Below are positions 55,351-64,000 of a DNA stretch of 64,000 bases, piece by piece. The stretch spans positions 36,580,001 through 36,644,000 of the forward strand of contig OZ024751.1 of NCBI GenBank assembly GCA_964016885.1. Direction: 5' to 3'. The DNA comes from Eledone cirrhosa (taxonomy: Eukaryota). Both the position numbers and the translations under genes were made by a program. The notes beneath the pieces were generated by a model. That model was not told the DNA's origin. It was given only the letters and a program-made list of their open reading frames with translations, and did not search any database. Each line of letters begins with the position of its first letter. Within the stretch, counting starts at the first letter, position 1.

Positions 55351-55959
55351 CTTTGCATCTCTTTACGGTCTGAGTTCAAATCTAGCCGGTGTTAACTTTG
55401 CCTTTCATCCTTACGGGGGCGTTAAAATAAAGTACCAGTAATACACTGGAAGAATTTCTGGCCTTGTGCCAAAGTAGAAACAAATGTTAATTTTATATTA
55501 TTTGTATTTGTTCAGTCTCAAGTTGTGGTAGTTTGGAAGAACTATTGCCACGTTACATAAATTGCTTTACGGTATTTGTTTGGTTCTTTATACTCTGAGT
55601 TCGAATCCCGCCGAGGTCTCCTTAGTCTTTCTATCATCCTTCAGTGTCTCGTTAAAAGAGAAAAAAGATCGCTTGACAAATTTTGACGGGCAAAAATCAA
55701 CCGGCAGGAGACTTGGATAACATGCATGAGCTCAGCTGGTCTCGCTTTGAGGATTCAACCGGATCAATTGAAAACAGTTGATTCTGATGGGACTTGCTAG
55801 ATTGCGTGCTTGAGAACTCTTCCCCCTACGACCCTCCCAGAATTACGTGGACAAAGAAGAAGAAGAAGAAGAAGAGCAGCAGCAGCAACAACAACAACAA
55901 AGATAAACATATATAGCTAACAAATATAGTATTTGTTTATATTTATCACGTTTGTATAT

Positions 55960-56720
55960 TCTAGAATTGGCATTTGTTTAAATTCTATTTAAACAATGAT
56001 TAACAGCTTGGAGTATAAAAGTGTTATCAAGTTTTTAGTTATGAAAGAAAGTGCAAATGAGGATAACATTGAGGAATTGAAGCGGTTTATCAATAGCAAT
56101 GCAGTTCGAAGATCAGACCTGTCAACTTCTAAAAACCCAAATAGGGTGTACCATGTGCCTCAAAACAGGAAGAAAATGAGGCAAAATTGGGAGATTTTAC
56201 ATAATGAAACCTATAACCATTTTCAAAAACGAAGACCCAAAGTTGGTGGAAGATCTTCCCGTCTGATGGGTAGAGTTGACAGGTCTGAAAGATGTTTATT
56301 TATAACTGAATTCGTGGATTCAAATCTGGAACGACAAACGTTTTGGACGATAAACATAATGGGCGATAAACTGAAATATTGGATGAAAAGCGACAAACGT
56401 TTCTGAAATTTTGCAAAAATGATTGCAGAATAATGGTAAGAAGTTTAGTGCAAAAATTGAATGTGTCAAAATGCCATCTGGATACCTGTTCTGTCGCCTT
56501 CTGCAAGGCATGGATGAAAATTCGTACTGCGTAGACTGAGAAGTTCCTTTTAAGTGAACTCTGCATGTGAGTGGAGTTCCAGTGAAGCAGTTGTAGTTCA
56601 AATATCTCGATGTTTTCACGTGTAATGTAAGTCAGGGATTGAATTAAAGGCAAGAATTGCTGGAACTGGTGGAATAATATCAGAAGGGAGGTAAGTGTAA
56701 AACCCAAACTCGATATTTTT
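55960..56720 (+). mobile_element. Highly degraded mariner-like transposase relic
   Basis: MINSLEYKSVIKFLVMKE resembles mariner N-termini (EYRAVIKFL). Downstream frames are broken and no clear TIRs were found. Confidence 0.45.
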
Positions 56721-56759
56721 AATTTGATGTTCGTAACCGCCCTTAATTAATGTCTGCGA

Positions 56760-57180
56760 TTTTTGGTAATGACCGAACAATTACGATCGCGAATACAAAC
56801 GACCGAAATGAGTTTCCTCTATACTGTGCGTAGCTCAGAGAGCAGGGAGTCGTTCTGAGTAGAGCTACTACTTCTTCAAATTGGGATATCACAGTTCACA
56901 CTACGAGCATGTGGCTTCAATGATTAAGGACAGATTTTACAGGCAAAGACAACTAGCAGGAAAACCTGAAATAGACAAGGAGGAAGATGGTTGGGTAACA
57001 TCCATGCACTCGGTTGGTCTAGCTTGGAGATCCAGCTGGATCATTTGGAAGAGGTTTTTTTCTGATAAGAACCTCTGAAAGTTTACCTGCACGACCCTCC
57101 CAGGAATATGTGGCAGAAGAAGAAGAAGAAGAAGAAGAAGAAAAAAAAAAAAAGAAAAAAAAGAAGAAGAAGAAGACAGA
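56760..57180 (+). mobile_element. RTE-like LINE 3' fragment with (AAG)n tail
   Basis: IQTTEMSFL-like remnant and GGAGATCCAGCTGGATCATTTGGAA shared with 10500-10690; ends in an AAG repeat. Confidence 0.6.
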
Positions 57181-57699
57181 AACATCCTGTTCACATCAGC
57201 TATACAAGATTTCGGTTCACTAGATGTGTGTGCGTGCACGTACATTGCTCCTTCCCCCAAACTTCACACATCAAATTTCTAATTCATGGTTTTGTATGCA
57301 TGTATGTATGCATGCATGCATGTATGTATATGTGTATGTATACATGTATGTATGGATGTAAGTATGTGTGTATCTATGTATGTATCTATGCAAGATATAT
57401 ATCTGAGGGTATGTGTTAGTGTGTCTGAGTGAGTACGTGAAAGGGAGGGTGGGTAATATATATTTCCCCCATTCATAAATGGGTAATTACTGACATTCCT
57501 CTGTATACATGTGGCATGCAGTGATGGTAATGGAGGAAATGTGAAGAGGGGGGGATTTACCCTACATTCTAATTTCAGGCGGGGGTGAGAGTTTATGGTA
57601 GCTACCACGCAGATTTCCAAACTCTCTTCCTCAGTCCCCACTCCCCACCCACGGACATTACGTAGTCCCTTGTCAGTCAGAGGTCGTTGTGTGGCTGTG

Positions 57700-59631
<1,932 letters not shown>

Positions 59632-60036
59632 GGAGAAATATATAGATAGATAAATATATTGCTAGGTGGCTGAGTATTTAATATACTCTTGCATGTTTAA
59701 CGACCGGTGACGGAGCCTGACGTGGGTGGGGGGGGGGGGGGTCAGGGGAAGCTAACCCTTTGCACCATACCCAGAGCTTCTTCTTGCCAGCCAAGTTGAC
59801 TGGAGAAACATAAGATAAAGGAGCTTGCTCGATGGTATATTGCCTGACGAGGAATCAAACTCAAGACTTTACTATTGTGAGTCAAACTTCCATAGTGTCA
59901 CTAACACTCAGATACCTCGTGAATCACTCCTTTCAGGGACCTTACAACATGCCGGTTTCGTTTCTCCTGTGTTTCTAATTATATTTGCAAAATCATTAAG
60001 GCCACTACAAACCATTTTTGGTTTTATTATTTGAAA

Positions 60037-60428
60037 AGGTGGATTGGCAGTATCGGTAGAGGGTTGGACACCATGCTTTCCAGCATAGTTACGTCCCTTT
60101 ACGATCTGAGTTCAAATCCCGCCGAGGTTGACTTTGCTTTTCATCCTTCCGTGGTCGACAAAATAAAGTACCAGTAATACACTGGGTAATTGCTGGCCTT
60201 GTGCCTAAAGTAGAAACAATTATTTGAAAGAAGTAAGGCGATGGATTGGCAGTATCGGTAGAGGGTTTGACGCCATGCTTTGCAGCAAAGAGTTACGGCC
60301 CTTTATGTTCTGCGTTCAAATCCCGTCAAGGTTAACTTTGCCTTTCATCCTTGCGGGGTCGATAAAATAAAGTACCAGTAATACACTGTTATAATTGCAG
60401 GCCTTGTGCCCAAAGTAGAAACAATTAT
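60037..60428 (+). mobile_element. Two tandem full-length S1 SINEs
   Basis: Both have A and B boxes and end in CCTTGTGCC(T/C)AAAGTAGAAACAATT; TTATTTGAAA recurs at all three junctions. Confidence 0.85.
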
Positions 60429-61528
60429 TTGAAAAAAGTTAATATCTGAACGAAACGTAGCAACTCACCAGGCTGGTGTTTATCCTGGATTTACTGGTGT
60501 TAGTTTAGTGGCTGAGATTATGAAGTTTCCGCAACTCCGCCTGGACAGGAAGCCAGTCCATCGTAGGGTTAATACTTACTTGACTGGAGCCTTGTGAAAT
60601 GGACATCTTTTTCTCAAGAATAAAACGTCTCACTCGCTTCAAGAATCGAACCCAAGATATTACGATCGTATGTCCAACCCCTCTAACCACTAGGCCAGGA
60701 AAGCTGCATTAAATAAAAACTTTAAGTGCCTGATCTATCATATTGATGCTCGATCATATTTTGTATAGGGTTTCGTGCTAATTCGATTGAACCAACTTCT
60801 AAACATGGCTAAAGTTTGTTATCCCAGTTTCATTGACAGTTTCATTAAGCAGCTGAAAGTAAAAGAACTCCTCCACACATCTGTCCCCATGGATGTGACG
60901 CCAGTTCATAACAGGGTTAATCTCTAATTGCTGCTGCCATTGTTGCTGGAGCTACTCAGATATTTGAGCTAATTGGACTGAAGCAACGTAAAATAATGTG
61001 TCTTGCTCAAGGACATAAACACGCTGCCCTGTCCAGGAATCTAAACCCCGACCTTACTTCAAATCTTTCAGCCACTAACCCACGCACATGACTAACACTC
61101 ACTTTTTAGACCAAAGAAAGTTATAAAAACAAAACAAAACAAGTTTAACATCGTTAGTATTTGAACTCAGAACCTAGATAGAAGGGACTAAATACTATAA
61201 GGCTCTCTACCATTACTTTAATTTCCTTCCAAGTTCTTGACACAAGGGCCCCCTTCCTTAAAAAAATTGATTTTTTTTTTCCCGGATTTCAATGCGTAGC
61301 CGGACGAGAGATAGTGTGAAGATCCCCCCTTCCCTCCTTATGTTCTGGCTTGATAAGATGCATGTGTGTTGTAACAATAAGCAGGTGCCTCTTTCAATAA
61401 ATGAGTATGTGTGTGTGTGTATCTGTGTGTGTATGTGTGTGCATGTGTGTGTGTGTGCGTGTGTGCGTGCGTGAGTAAACCGCTGCTGTGTCTCTTTCAA
61501 TTATTGTTTGTTTCTTTGTGTGTGTGTA

Positions 61529-61581
<53 letters not shown>

Positions 61582-61697
61582 CTATGTTGTGCCTCTTCAA
61601 TGAGTGCGTGTGTGTGTGTGTGTGTAAGTCAATGTTATTCAATGTTAGTTTGTGTATATGTAACATATCTGATGTTTGGGTGTGTAACTTGCGCTGT

Positions 61698-61738
<41 letters not shown>

Positions 61739-61807
61739 TAAACCTATGCTTCATATGTGTGAATGAATGACTCAAGAAGAAATTAAATACTAATGGTAGA
61801 GGGAAGA

Positions 61808-61876
<69 letters not shown>

Positions 61877-62026
61877 CAGCAGCTGTAATGATTTCTTTAT
61901 TAGCCACACAGGGTTCACATTAAGAAAGCATTTAGGACAGTAGCTACTATAATAGTAGTAATGGTGGCAGTAGTAGTAGTAGTAGTAGTAGTGGTAGTAA
62001 TAGTAGAAGTAATAGTAGTAGTAGTA

Positions 62027-62093
<67 letters not shown>

Positions 62094-62216
62094 CAGCAGC
62101 TGTAATGATTTCTTTATTAGCCACACAGGGTTCACATTAAGAAAGCATTTAGGACAGTAGCTACTATAATAGTAGTAATGGTGGTAGTAGTAGTAGTAGT
62201 AGTAATAGTAGTAGTA

Positions 62217-62289
<73 letters not shown>

Positions 62290-62295
62290 AAGTAA

Positions 62296-62343
<48 letters not shown>

Positions 62344-62372
62344 AAGTAATAGTAGTAGTAATAGTAGTAGTA

Positions 62373-62427
<55 letters not shown>

Positions 62428-62433
62428 AAGTAA

Positions 62434-62523
<90 letters not shown>

Positions 62524-62538
62524 AAGTAGTAGTAGTAG
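61808..62538. repeat. (TAG)n field with a duplicated ~90-bp unique insert
   Basis: CAGCAGCTGTAATGATTTCTTTATTAGCC...CTATAATAG at about 61876 and 62093. Confidence 0.9.
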
Positions 62539-62887
62539 CGACCCCCACCCACCCTAACATGAGGGGAGATATGAATTGGAGTAGATAAAATGACAATTGA
62601 TAACACAGTGTATGTGTGTGTGTGAGTATAAGCTGAGTATGTGTTAAAGTATTTGAATGTGTGTGAGTGGGTGTGTTAGTGTGTTAGTGTGTGAGTGTGT
62701 GTGAGTGTGTGAGTGTGTGAGTGTGTGTGTGTATGTATGTGCAACTGTCTATAGATGAATGAGTGTGTAGTATTATTTGAAACAGGCGGGAAACTTTACG
62801 TTAGACACACACATATATATATATATATATGCATATATATGCATATATATTTATGCATATATATATATATATATGCATATATATTTA

Positions 62888-62957
<70 letters not shown>

Positions 62958-62977
62958 TATACATATATATGCAGGCT

Positions 62978-63045
<68 letters not shown>

Positions 63046-63079
63046 ATAGAAAAAAAGTTTCGTTTTACTACCCACACAC

Positions 63080-63113
<34 letters not shown>

Positions 63114-63179
63114 TGGATACCTCTGTGTATATATATATATATACTGCTGCATTAGTGCGGCAGAAACTCGAGCCCGGGA

Positions 63180-63290
63180 ACCATTTTACGTGTGTTGTGT
63201 TGAAGCGAATAACTATGTGTATACTCTGGGAATGTATCTTGAGATACAACCGGTATTGGCATTGATAAAGATGCTGGGTCGTCAACTCCT

Positions 63291-63340
<50 letters not shown>

Positions 63341-63694
63341 GCATACATTCATACATGGGATATAGTCGAATGTGTGTGTTATATGTACCCATATAACTGA
63401 AAACGTACAGATCCACACATGCAATGATATCCACACGCACACACACACACTCACACACACACACACACAAACACACAAAGATACAGATATAATATAGACA
63501 CAAACACACATATATATATAGTCTAACAAAGTTCTTTCGTTGCACATCTGCAACAGCGTCAGTGGTGCTATTATGTTCCTCTTGCTGTATTGTATATCTA
63601 CGCCATATAATGAAAAAACAGAGTTAAAAACTCGCGTTAATTCCCTTGTAATTTTATGAGCTCAAGGAATAATTTCCGGGTTCTTCATAATACA

Positions 63695-63750
<56 letters not shown>

Positions 63751-63920
63751 GTTGGCGGACCCAGCATATTTATCAATGCCAGTACCGGTTGTATCTTACC
63801 GCACTCATGGGCAATGAAAGATACATTACCAGAGTATACACGTAGTTATTTGCCTCAACACAACGCACGTAAACAGGTGCCTATAAGGTTCCCAGAATGT
63901 GTGACGAAAGAACTTTGACA
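63180..63920. mobile_element. Family E: diverged inverted repeat pair abutting (TA)n
   Basis: 63180-63293 is the approximate reverse complement of 63746-63877; 63523-63548 is similar to the reverse complement of 63894-63920. Confidence 0.6.
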
Positions 63921-64000
63921 ATATATGAAGAACCATCCGGTTATAGAACCAACCAACCAACCGGAAATTTATAATAAATTGAAGTGAAATCAACTGTTGC

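Noticed and set aside
54513-55379. 288-aa repeat protein (MASDPLPILPIHRPN)n, CRISPR array or interstitial telomere
   Set aside because: The ORF is a by-product of a 45-bp SINE-derived tandem repeat (a multiple of 3). There are no spacers, and TTAGGG occurs at most once per unit.
61915-62606. Poly-Thr, poly-Tyr and poly-Val ORFs
   Set aside because: (TAG)n microsatellite.

Overview
AT-rich, microsatellite-saturated animal DNA. The repeat landscape suggests an octopus-like cephalopod, but that is an inference. There is one recognisable host gene: the first coding exon of a mex-3/MEX3 KH-domain RNA-binding protein on the minus strand (ATG at 48117, GT donor after 47847), with a CpG/CRE/E-box promoter candidate near 50.7-50.85 kb. 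Exon 2 is not in the window, so positions 1-47846 are probably one intron of more than 47 kb. The rest is tRNA-derived SINEs, RTE-LINE and mariner/MITE relics, and mini/microsatellites; nearly all listed ORFs are low-complexity artefacts. The most notable hidden signal is a set of at least four distinct short element families that mostly sit beside (TA)n tracts and often form head-to-head fold-back palindromes. Each carries a complete or partial type I hammerhead-ribozyme-like fold, some with non-canonical cores, and several share a TACTCAATA-like motif. They are best read as remnants of Penelope-like retroelements or retrozymes. All folds were paired by eye and none has been tested.
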